Source: Geosiphon pyriformis uo1
Taxonomy: Eukaryota > Fungi > Glomeromycota
Reading direction: 5' to 3'
DNA: 64,000 nt
Assembly: GCA_016748015.1 (NCBI GenBank)
Contig: JAAOMT010000697.1
Span: 504,868-568,867, forward strand
Shown here: positions 37,411 to 50,232 of the stretch, one piece after another
Position numbering within the stretch: position 1 is the stretch's first letter
How the letters are laid out: each line of letters begins with the position of its first letter
The notes under the pieces: generated by a model
Told to the model about the DNA's origin: nothing
Database searches by the model: none
The model's input: only the letters and a program-made list of their open reading frames with translations
Translations under genes and position numbers: made by a program

Positions 37411-39618
37411 CTGCAATTAATACTTTTTTTTTAGTATTTTACAAAATTTTAACCAAAAAAGTTTTCTTTATTATAAAAGCAGTTAGACAAAATATTTTAG
37501 AAGCTTTTTTTTATTTAGTAATTGTAAAAAGCTGCCTTTAGTAATTATTAAAGCATTTTTTTCATTTTTGGCTGGTTTATTAACAGTTAAAATTTCCTCA
37601 AAAAAACACACTTAAGTTAATCTTAGTATTGCTTTTACCTTTTCAAAGAACCTAAAAATTTTTAATAATAAATTAGTTAATAAGCTAGTTTTTTTTTCAT
37701 AATTTCTATACCAAATTTTGTTAATACTTTCTTTTCAAAAAAATAATTAAAAAGACCAAAAGTTCAAAAAAGTAAAGACAATTATTTGTTTTTGCTATTG
37801 TTACATTAAACTCTTTTGTGGTTTTTAATAAAATTTTAGATATAATTTCTTTTGTATTATTTAGTATATCATCTAAGATAAACCAAGATTAACTACTGGC
37901 TGTATTGTCAAATATAAGTTTTTTCAGTAGATTATTGCTAGTTTTAGAAATAAAACAACTATCTTCTGTAAAGTTATTTGTTCTTAAAAATTAAACTAAT
38001 CAAATAGAAACTAAATTATTTTCTTTATTGGTTTTTAATACTGCCACTAATAGTGCTTAGAAAACTATTATTAGTCATTAAAGAATTGCTAAGTAAATAA
38101 TCTTTACTCTAATATTTGGTACTACTTTTAAAATTAAAATAACTTATATTAAAACTGTTTTTTAATTTATACATGATTTTTTGAATGTAAAGTCAGTATT
38201 AAAAGACAATATAAAGCTCTTCTGTATAGAGTTTACTTCTTAAAAGTTTTTAAAAGCTGTTTTTTTGGTTGAGCTTATAAGCTCTGTTTGTTTAGCCACT
38301 CTTAAAATTGCCAAGTTTTTGGTAATTTCTGAGTCTGATTTTTCTTTTACTATTGTTATATTATATAATATGCTTTTAAGTATGTCTATTATTGATATTA
38401 AAACAGCTTTTAATGTATTTGGTAAAATTGTTTGTATAATACTAAAATCTATTGACATTTGGCAATATGTAATTATTTATTTTAAAAAACTGAATTCCGT
38501 TGTATTTGTTTTGAATTATTGATTAGTTTTAATGAATAAGAATAATATTAAAATGAGACTATTATATTTTGTAATAAGTTTAAAACCAAGTTGGTTAACT
38601 TTTTTTTGGCTGTACTGTCTTTAAAATTAATAATATGATTTTTCAAGTTGGTAGTCAAATGTGTTTTATTTCTTACTTTTCTGATTCTGGTCATTATTTT
38701 CGGTTTGCTCTAATTATGTTTGAATCTCAGAATGATTTAAATATTGTAGTTATCAAAATTAGTACATTAAAAAAATACTATATGTAATAAAAAACTCCTA
38801 AAAATTAGGATTGTTTTCAGTATTAGAGTTTGGATCATCTGGTTTTGAATTGTAAAATGTCTCTATTTCTCTTTTTTAAGATTTTCAGAATTTTTGTCTC
38901 TTATGTTGTTGGCAACAAATTTTATGTTAGAGTTACTGCTCTTATATTTTTTTTGGCTTCTTGTCTTTTAGTTGGTTTAGCTTTTTTTGCTAATATAATA
39001 GTTGTTAATTCTGTGGTTTTTTTTCAATTAACTTCTTTGAAATCAAAGTTGGCCAAGCTTTTTGCTCTGATTAATTTTATTGTTAAGCTGGTTGGTTTTT
39101 TGGTTACTATGTTTGAATAATTTGTTAATAAGAATTTGGTTTCAAGTAGTATTTTTGGTCTTAAAGTTAATAAAGTTTTAGTATACATAAATACTTTTAA
39201 CAAGGCTATTAGTAAGCTAAAACAGAAAGTAGTTGCTTTAAAAACTGAATATAATTATGAAAACATTAATATGTTCAGCCTTTATATAAGTTTGTTTTCT
39301 ATTGATAATAATGTTTTTTCTAATTTAATGTTACTTTGGAAACATAAATCTATTGTTGTAAAGACTAATGCCTTAAAAACAGCTAAATAGCTGATTAGAT
39401 TAATTAATAATAGTGCTATATTGTTTAAAATTATTCAAAAAATGTTTTTTTTAAATAAGTTTTCTTCTAAAGTATCAACATAATATAGTCTGAATTGGCT
39501 TAAGTAGCTAATTATATATAGAAAACATGTAAACTACATTTAATATTGAAACACTTAATTTGTTTCTAATTTTTAAATAATAGTTGAACAGTATTTGTTA
39601 AATCTTAATAAAATAAAA
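37411..39618 (+). mobile_element. ORF1-only non-autonomous LINE derivative (HAL1-like), degenerate
   Basis: One decayed ORF (about 37530-39483) with an ORF1-like RRM segment (DIKTAFNVFG..IWQYVIIYF) and knuckle (CF...LDHLV.NC), directly followed by the LINE-type 3' UTR and A tail; 5' boundary approximate. Confidence 0.7.
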
Positions 39619-39635
39619 TTATATTAAAAAAAAAA

Positions 39636-41269
39636 CCTTTTTTTTTATATATTCAAAATTTTTTAAAAAACATAATTTTCAGAAAAAAAAGTTTTTATTT
39701 TTGTTATTTTTTTTTAATATTTTTTAACCAACAATTTTTTTTATTGTAGACTTGAAAACTATTTTTGGTAATAGTATGTTTAAAAAAAAGGCATCCAAAA
39801 GAGCTTTTTATAATTCTGCTAATGGTTTTTTCTCTCAAAAAAAGAGAATTATTTTTGGTAATATTAAATACTTTGGTAATAAGAAAAATATTTCTTTAGT
39901 TAAGTCTGGTTTTAATGATAATATGTATTTAGATATAGATAGTAAATCTAGTAATAATAAAGACAGTAGTTTTATAACTTGTAAATAGTGAGTTTTTTCT
40001 TAATTTAGCTGCTATTATTTCTAAAACCAGAAGAGTAATTTCTAAGATAATTTGTGGCTTTTTTTGGTTTTTTTGATTTCAATATAGAAGAAAAAGTTAA
40101 ATTCTTTTCATTTTTTCTTAATATCTTATTAAATAAAAAGTAAATTAATCTCAAGATAATAAAAGCTTTAGTAAAAATATTTGTTAAGAAATTTTTTGTC
40201 TTGAATATTAATTTTTTAGCTGTAAAAAACAAATTGACAATAATAAAAACTTAGCTTATTAGAAAATTTTTTTCATTAATTAATAGATTTGAAAAGGTTA
40301 CTACTTTTTTAAAATTTAAAAAGATTATTAAATTCATGTTTATATTAGAAAAGCACATAAATAAGGTCATATTATTGGCTAAGAAAAAGAGAATCAAAGT
40401 AAACAGTTATATTAAAAAACAAAAAATTAAATCAAAACAGACTGTGATAATCAAAAAAATTTTCATAAATATACCAAAACAAATAATTGTTATTGCAATA
40501 TCAGAGTTTGGTCAAATTGTGTTGATCTAATTACAACTGATTAGACTGTATTAAAAGACTGTAATAGAGTTTGCCAAATTGGTTTAAGCAGATTAATTGA
40601 CAACAAGATAATTATTTTTAATCAAAAAAAATTCAGTATATATGGCAAAGGCTATAAAAGATTATAATATTTAAATATCTAAAAATTATTTTAAAATGTT
40701 TTTATTTATCTTGCTTATAAGAACAACAGCTTATAATTTAAGCACTTTATTAAAGAAAACTAATAAAAAAACTTGCATTATTAATTAATTATTTGAAACT
40801 AATAATAAGGTCTATTATACTATAATTGATTTTAAAACAGAAGATAATTTAGAATCTGCTTTTTACATAGAGCCAATTTTGAATGGCATAAAACTTTTTT
40901 GGACCAGAATAAATTTGGTTTACTGTAAAAAGTATAACCATTTTGAATATTTAGCTTTGGAATGTAATATATTAAGTATATATATCTTGTTTTTTTTAAA
41001 AACTTATAAAAAGATAATATTAAATGAAAATCATTTTCAATTGGCCAAATTATATATAAAAAAAAGTGTTCTTATTTTACATTCTGCTATTTTTGGTGGT
41101 CAATTATAAGCACAGATAGTTTTATTTACTGTTTTTTCTAATAGTATTAATTTTGAATCTGGTTTTAGGTTATCTTTTTTTGGTACTCTGTATGCTGATA
41201 AGAGTCTGCTTGTTGTTCAAGATAATTTGTTTATTGATATTTGTCTGGTTTTATTAAAACACTTTTTAA
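39636..41269 (+). mobile_element. 5' fragment of an old LINE (ORF1)
   Basis: Pyrimidine-rich start after an A run; KKFFVLNI, ISEFGQIV, YCKKYNHFEY, FQLAKLYIKK align with ORF1; cut by hAT. Confidence 0.75.
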
Positions 41270-42971
41270 TAAGGTTTTAATATTCAGTTTAGTTTGGTTC
41301 AAGTTTAATCAAACTACTAAACCAAACCAAACTCAAACAAAAAATTTGGCAAAATTTCAAACTTAAATTTAAACTAAACTTAAAATTACTGAACTTAAAC
41401 TAAACTTGAACACATGCAATAAACTTGATTCAAATTTGGTTTGAAGTTCATAAATATGTTTAGATTTAACTATTAAAAATATATTAAAATATTATATTAC
41501 TATTTAAATTTTTTTTTTAATGGTTTTTGTATCTATAATCAAAAACACTGTGCTGTTTTTATAGTTTTAGGCATTAAGTGAGATTTTATATCTGTAATCA
41601 TATTTTTATTTGCAGAAAAAATCTATTTAAAAGCAACAGATAATTTTTGGATTGCCAAATAATTACAAACCATATATGTAAAATAAAGAAATTATATGTC
41701 TAAATATCAAATTATTAATAAAATATTAATTTAGATAAATATTTTTTGTAATATATCTTCCATTATGTTATTATATCTATTTTTTTATTGGCCATCTTTT
41801 TAAAGATATAACAATTAATTTTGTCAAATTTTTTTTCTTATTATTGTCAAAGTCTGTTTCTAATATAAATTATATAATTAATATTATAGTATTATTAAAA
41901 TTGCTATTTAACAAAAAATTATCATTTGATATTGGTATAATATCCAGTATATATTCTGTTTTAAAGAAAGTATGCATTCTAAAGATTTATTTATCATGTA
42001 AAATTTGGAAAATAAAACTGTTTAAATAAATTAATAATTTATAATTCTTTTATTTTATTAATATTATTATTCAAAAATTCTTTTTTTGTAAAATAATGGA
42101 ATTTTTTTCTTGAATCTAATATAATACAGAGTATTATAATTATATTTGTTTTAAAATAATATTCAACCAACTTTTTTTTTGTTGTTCTAATCACTATAAC
42201 AAGTAATAAATTTAATATTAAATATATTAAATAAATAAATACAATCAAGATTATAATGCTTTATCAGATTTATTATTATCAATTATATCTTTAATGTAAT
42301 TAAAAATGATATTAAAGAGAAAAATAATTGAAAAAATAATATTATTTGAACTAGCTAATATTTTAATCATAATATTCTTAAATAGTTTAAAAAATTTAGC
42401 AATTTTATCAAAAACAGTCTATTAATCATGTAAAATAGCATATTGATGAAAATTAATATAAGTACTAATAAGAATGTTTAATGTCTATAAATTTACAATT
42501 AGAATTTTTGTATTCAAAATATATGAAATCAAAAATAAATAACTTGCTAATTTAAAAAATAATTCATTCTTAATCATATTATAAGTAAAATTCTACCAAG
42601 TAGAATAATCTAAAATAGATTTATGGTATTTAATTTAATATGTATTACAGATGTATTCAAAAAGCTTAAAACATTAAGATAAAATACAAATTACAGAGTT
42701 AAGTTTTTTAATTTTTAATTTATATAAAGTTTACATTAGAAAAATTTTAGGTAGATATATTTAGTTTGGGTTTTTAATAAATATCTTGAAAATATCATTT
42801 TTTATTTTATTTAGAACTGTCTGTATTGTCAAGTTTAAAATATGATTAAAGCATTAAAATCAAAAATCTTTTGAATTCTATTGAATATTTTTCTTTTCTA
42901 ATTTTTTCACTAACTTTTTTATAAAAGTATTATTATTTGTGATATTATTAAGAGTAATAGCAAAAAACTAT
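41270..42971 (-). mobile_element. hAT DNA transposon remnant
   Basis: Minus-strand decayed motifs AITLNN..NN (TLDNA.N), CFNHILNL, ILDYSTW*NFTYNMI (RWNST), ILDSRKK, SVAF..IFS (dimerisation region); terminus TAAGGTT with AAACC/GGTTT subterminal repeats at 41270-41445. Confidence 0.82.
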
Positions 42972-44306
42972 TGCTATAAATAATTATTTGAAGTATTAAA
43001 ACAAATAACAAACTCATAACTTGGTGCTCAATAACTGAGAATATTGGTAATTTCTGAAGATTTTGAAGTCTAAAGATTTTGGTTGAGTTTTTTGTATAAT
43101 AGACAGAAATTCAATTAATAGTTTCTTCTGTGAATTTTTTTTTTCAACATAATAGCCAGTTTATTTTAGCAGTTATGCTCTTTTAATAAGCTATTCTTAA
43201 GTTTTCTATTCTTGTTCCCAAGTTTTTTACCAAACTATTTTGATGTTAATTACTCAACATTTAATTTTTTTAATTAATTAGTAAACAACAAAAAAAATAA
43301 AATAAAAAAAAATAAAAAGAAAATAAAAAAAGAAATAAAAAATTGGTATTCTGTTAATAGCCATAATTAAGAGCTATTGGTTCAATATAATTAAGTATTG
43401 AATTTTATTAACATAAAATATTAATAGTGTAAAATGGATTAATATTTTTTTAATTAAGTAATAATAACATAGATTTGGATAATAATAGATGTTTTATTAA
43501 TATAAGTATAATTCTATTTCAAGTTATAAAAAACTATCTTTTAAAAAGAGAAATATTATTGTTTTGAATTAAATTGTTTATCTTTTTTGCTTCTAATATT
43601 TTTGTTATATATATAATTCATATTATACAAAATTTTTTGAAATCCTTTAATTTTTTTGAAAAAAATTCTGAAATTCCTCTTTTTTACTATGTTTATTTCT
43701 AATTGATTATTTTTTCTACTTATTATAATTCCTAATTTCTATAAGTAACATTATTTTTTTCTTTTAATATTAAGCTTTATCAAAATTTTTTAATTTTTTG
43801 GAAAGATTTAAAAGCACAATATATTGTTTGAAGTTTTCATTGGAGTTTAAATTGTTATTATTATTGTTATTGTTATTATTATTAAAGTCTAAATTGAGAT
43901 TAAATTTCAATTCTAATTTTAAAGTGCAGCTGCTAATTGGTTCTTCTTCTTTAAAAATTAAATAGATTATGCATTATAGTAGATTGTAAATAAGATTACA
44001 ATTATTATAATATTCAAAGTCACTGAATATTAAGCAATATTTACAAAGTTTAGCATTTAATTGTTCTAAATACTGCTTTTGCTTTTCTCTAATGAGTGCC
44101 AAATCTTGGTAGTATTTATATAATTGTTCTGAATTACTTGTTTGGATTTGGAATAAGAATGATATTAATAGGTTTCAGTGAATTGTTTTTAATCATAAAT
44201 ATTTTACTAAATAAAGCATCTTTAATTTTGGCACTTACCATTTATCAGATTTAGTCTTTGTTATATAAGTAACCATCTAAATATGAAAACACTTAATTTT
44301 ATGCAG
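42972..44306 (-). mobile_element. Gypsy remnant: 3' LTR (42972-43750), PPT and Cys-rich/pre-dUTPase fragment
   Basis: LTR homologous to 7306-8192; minus-strand REKQKQYLEQLNAKLCKYCLI..YNNC matches RQEQEQYLAQINTYLCENCLI of the young element. Confidence 0.75.
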
Positions 44307-47300
44307 TATTATTTATAGAAATAGAAATTATAACACAAATTATGTATATATAATAAGAGTATTAGAAACAGAAAAAGTATTCAAGACAATTCAATTTAGA
44401 ACAACAATACCTCTTCCTTTAAAAGATAGTTTTTTATAACTTAAAGTGAAATTATACTTATATTAATAAAAACATTTATTATTATTCAAATCTATATTAT
44501 CATCACTTGATTAAAAAAAATATTAATTTATTTTATACTATTAATACTTTATATTGATAGAATTCAATACTTAATTATATTGGATCATTAACTCTTAATT
44601 ATAACTATTAACAGAATACTAATTTTTTATTTTTTATTTTATTTATTGTTTTTTTTTGTTTTTTTTTGTTTTCTTTGTTGTTTATTAATTGATAAAAAAA
44701 TTAAGTACTAAGTAATTGATATTAAAAATAATTTGGTAAAAGACTTGAAAACAAGGATAAAAATTTAAGAATAGCTTACCAAAAGAGCACAATTGCCAGA
44801 ATAAACTGGTCACTATACTAAAAAAAATTCACAAAAAAAACTATCAATTAAATCTTTGTCTATTTTACAAAAAACTTAACCAAAATTTTTAAAAATTACT
44901 AATATTTCCAGCTATTGAGCACTAAATTACAAATTTGTTATTTGTTTTAACATCTCAAATAATTACTTGTAATATTTGGTGTTTTTTATAAGGTATAATT
45001 CAATAAAAAACCAGCATTAACATTAATTATCTGAAAAAATAACAGAATTAAAAGTAATAAAAACAAACCATTTAGAATTTGCCAAATTCTTATTTTAATA
45101 TTATCAAACTTATCTCAAACTAACAAGTAATTATTGGTTACTAAAATTAGCTTTTAATTTCTATGTCAATGAAAAAATTAAATTCTATTTGGAAAACCAA
45201 GAAAATTTAAAAGCTGCTCTCAAAAACTTTTATAGTGAATTACTCTAAAGCACTACACTTTCACAAAATTATTTGTTTATCTTACTAATTACAGAAATAA
45301 ATCAAAAAATTAAGAATTACACTCAACAAAAATTTTCTATTATCTTAGCAGACAAAAAATAATTACAAACTTTAGCAGAAACATCAAAAAAAATACAACC
45401 ACTTACTTAGAAGAAACCAAGAATTATTTTATTCATTTACTTGTTATATTATTATATATCAAGAAATACTATCCACATATTATCCAAATTCACATTAACA
45501 TTAACAGCAAAAACACTATTATCTAAAATATTATTTTAAAATAATTAAGAGAAAACCAAACTATTAAAAACTTATAGCAATTTCTTTGAAAAATTTAAAT
45601 TGTAACTAACAACACCATTAAAATTTCAATTACCATCATTTCAACCAAATTTCAGGTCTATCAGTTATTGAAAAAATACTGAATCAAAAGAAAAAAAAAA
45701 ACAGTAATTAGAGAAATAACAATTAAAACCTAATCTCAAATAACTCAGAAGTTTAAACTTTGATAGTTTAAATCCAGCCAAATCTAAACAATCCAAACTC
45801 AGCTCTTATTTTTCTATAAAACTTACCTTTAGTTATCTCAATTAATTAACCACCAATAGCACCAATCACTATATAGCAACAATTACAACAACAATTACTA
45901 TTTACACCAATGGCCTATGTACTAATTACAAAACTCAAGAAATTTACTGACAAAGAAGACAATGTCCAAGCATGGCTAAATAACATAGCAAAAATTATTA
46001 TAGTTAATGGATAGTATAATACCAAAGTCTTTTAAGTTATTTCTTATTTTTTATAAATCACAGTTAACTTATAATACTAGAATTTTGTCAACAAATCTTA
46101 AAATTTTAACATATTTAAAACTGTATTTCTACAGTATTTTAGTGATATTAATAGTATAAATTACTTGTTAACTAACTTTACGACTATCAAACAAGATAAT
46201 ATAAAAGCAGTTATTACTTATTTAAGATATTTTCACAGGAATTTGCACCAAATTCAAGCAATTAACACTAATTACTTTATAGCACCACAGATTTTAAATC
46301 AATTTATCCATAAATTATGCAGCAACTTATTACAATAGGTATGCTTAATATAGTTAAATACTTTTTAAAATGCAGTTACACATGCCAAAGATTTTAAATC
46401 AGCTAAATTTGAAGCCAACTATGTTCAAGCCATAAGTCTAGTAATGAATAAATTATCTGAATTAAATACCAAATTAAAGCAATTTGGTGAAGTTATTAAT
46501 CAGAAAATTGAGAGATATTTAATTAATAATTAAGCAATTTATTAACCTTCTTAACATTGTGATAATTCAAAATTAATTATGTTTATTATTATTATTAACC
46601 AGCTAATTATGATAACAAAAAATATGTAATTGTTACTATTATGGTAAACAAGGGTATTTAAAAGCAGATTGCTGTTTTAGATTTAATAACCAATAATTAG
46701 GTAATTAATATTAAAACTCCAATTACAGGTTTTAAATCCAGAACTATGTTAACAATTTGTTATTGGAATCATACCAAACCTATTATGTACCAATAATACA
46801 ACAACTTATATATTTATCTTTAATATATTAAACTCTAGCACCAGTAATCTATTAGTCATAGCCACAAGTAATTTATTAATCCCAACAAATTTAAACACTA
46901 TTCTAATATACTGTGCCAATATTAAATAGAATCTAAAGACTAAAAATTATTTACACAATTTAATAATACTGTTTTTTTTCAACTATTAAATTAATTACTG
47001 AATTCTGACAAATAGAAATAAATTCAGAAAGTAGAAAAAAACTGCTTTTATTACCAAGTATAATATCTATAAATTTACAGTTATGTTTTTTGGTTTTATT
47101 AATGCTCCTTTTACTTTTCAATGCTTAATAAACAAAGTATTTAAATTAGTAAAAAAAAACTTTGTTTTAATTTATTTGAATAACATAATAATATACTTAA
47201 AAATCTGGAATAAACATTTTAAATATTTACATAAGATTTTTGATCTCTTTAGAAATAATGATCTTAAGATTAACTTAATTAAATTTTTTTTTGGACAACA

Positions 47301-50232
47301 ATTTACTTAGTTTTTTGGTTATTTTATTAAAAAAAATGGAATCTTTTCTAATTCAACCAAGATTGAAAAAGTCCAAAATATTAAACAATTAATAAACATT
47401 TATAAACTACACTTTTTTTTGGTTTGGCTTCTTATTATCAAAAGTTTGTTAAAATTTTTTCCAAAATCGTCTTTTTTTTTAATCAGTTATTTAAGAAAAC
47501 TGTGAATTACTATTGAAATATGTATTAACAAAAAGCTTTTGAAACTCTAAAGAAAAAACTAGTCACTGAACCAATTCTTAAGTAATCTAATCTGAATTAA
47601 TTTTCTATCCTCTATACTGGTTTTGGATTTGATACTGTCTTATATTAGAAAAATAAAGATAATAAAGAACATGCCATAGTTTATACTAGCAAATTTTTTT
47701 TTTCAGTAAAACAGAATTACTTAATTACTGCACAAGAATACTTAGCAGTAGTTTAATCTATTAATTATTAAAATAAGTATTTTTTTGGTATAAAATTCTT
47801 AGTAATAACAAATTATTAAGCTTGGTTTGGCTATATAACAAAAAAAAACTGGAATATGAATGAATAACTTGTTGGATATTTTATTTGAATAAATTCAACT
47901 ATAATATATAGCATTACAAAAAAACTTATTATTAAAATGCCAATGCTTTTTTTAGACTTATTATTTAGTAATAGTATAACTTTTTTAAACCAAATTAACC
48001 TAATCATTAGTAACTTTTTTTTAAACAAACACAATAATAGACTTGAACAACTATTCTATCATAATAAAATTTTTGGATAAAGAATAATATTTACTAAACT
48101 ATATTTAATAACAAAAAAAACATTTATAAAAACAATTAAATTTTTATTTAATTTACCAGAACCAATTATACAAAAGAAATAAAAAAAATTTTGATTATTT
48201 CCAAAAAATTATCAGATTTGAAAAAAAAATTGTAATTTATAACATATATACTAATTCATAAGCTAGATATTTTGAAAAAACTAAAACAATTCAGAAAACT
48301 CTAATTTGCTATTATTAATCTATCTTGAAAAAAAACATTGTTAAATAGATTAAAACTTGTGATACCTGCCAAAAAAAATCTAATCAAAAAAATTACTTAT
48401 CCAATTTTTGTTGGTTAGTTATTTGACTAAATTAATATAGATATTGTTAAACTTTAAACAATAACTCTTAATGACAACAAATACATTATTACAATTACTA
48501 ATTATCTTATAAAATAAGTAGAAATAAAAGCCACTCCAAATTAAACAGTAGTTTTTATTGCTAATTTTATTTATAAAAATATCATTTGTAATCATAATTG
48601 TTCCAAAAAACTTTTATTTAATAAAAAAAGAGCTTTTTTAGTATATTAATTAAAAAACTTTGTAGAAAAATAGAAATATATTATAAATTTTTTTTTTACT
48701 ACTTCTAAACAAATGACTTAATGAAATATTTTAACAGAATATTATATAAAACCTTAGCCAAAACCAATAAAAAACAAACTTATAAAACAAAGTACTGTTT
48801 TTAGCTTTGTTTGCTTATAAAACTGTAAATTATAACATAACAAGTTAGAAATTTTTTTATCTGTTTTATAGACAATATTACTTATAGAAAAAAAGTACAA
48901 GAAAAAAACAAAAAAAAACAGATAGTGAAATAAACCAATAGAAGAATAATACTTAATAAATAAATATAATGTCAAAAAATCATAACATATTACTTAACAA
49001 TAAGCATATTGTCAGAAAATCATGATATATTGGTCAAGAATATGTAAGATTTTGTATAATAAGAATTATATATATATAGTAAGAATATTAAAAACAAAAA
49101 AAAATTTATTCAATTTAAAAGTTAAGAATAGTAGCTAGAAATAAGTAATTATTTCATATTTTTTTCTTCAAAAAATAGTTTTCTATAACTTGAAGTGAAA
49201 TTATATTTATATTAATAAAAATATTTATTATTATCTAAAATTTATGTTATTATTACTTAATTAAAAAATATTAATTATTTTTATGCTATTAACAATTTAT
49301 GTTAATTGAATTCAATACTTAATTATACTAGATCAATAATTTTTAATTATAATTATTGATAAGATACTAATTTTTTATTTCTTTTCTTATTTTTTTTTAT
49401 TTTCTTTTGTTTTGTTTTTTGTTGTTTACTAATTGATTAAAGAAATTAAGCACTAAATAATTAACATTAAAAATAGTCTGATAAAAAATTTAAAAACAAG
49501 TATAAAAAACTTAAGAATAGTTTACCAAAAGGACATAACTGTCAGAATAAACTGGTTATTATATTGAAAAAAAATTCACAAAAGAAATCATCAATTGAAT
49601 TTCTGTTTATTATACAAAAGACTTAACCAAAATTTTTAAACTCTAAAATCTTTAGAAATCACCATTATTAACAACTATTGAGCACTAAATTGTAGATTTG
49701 TTATTTGTTCTAACATTTCAAATAATTATCTGTAATATTTAGTGCTTTTTGTAAGATATAATTCAACAGAAAACCAGTACCAATAGCTATTATCCAAAAC
49801 AAAAGCAGAATCAAAAGTAATAAAGACAAACCACTTGAAATTTGTAAAAAATTTATTTCAAAATTATCAAACTTATCTCAAATTAACAAGTAACTATTGG
49901 TTAGCAGAATTAGCTTTCAACTTTTATGTCAATAAAAAAATCAAATTCTATTTAGAAAACCAAAAAAATCCAGAAGCTATACTTAAAAATTTTTACAATA
50001 AATTACTCTAAAGCACCACACTTTCACAAAATCATTTATTTGTCTTACTAATTACAGAAATAAATCAAAAAATTGAGAATTACACCTAGCAGAAATTTTT
50101 TATTATCTTTACAGATAAAGACAAAAGAAAGTTACAAACTTTAACAAAAACACCAAAGAAAATACAACTGCCTACTTAGAAAAAACCAAGGATTATTTTA
50201 TCTATATACCTATCTTATCATTATATACCAGA
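44307..50232 (+). mobile_element. Degenerate Gypsy: LTR(44307-44974)-PBS-gag-[deletion]-RT-RNaseH-IN-LTR(about 49000-49737)-PBS-second gag leader
   Basis: gag MAY..I.KL..FT near 45910; knuckle near 46630; RT KTAF..MFFGFINAPFTFQ; RNase H and integrase remnants to about 48900; the PBS and leader recur after the second LTR. Confidence 0.82.
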
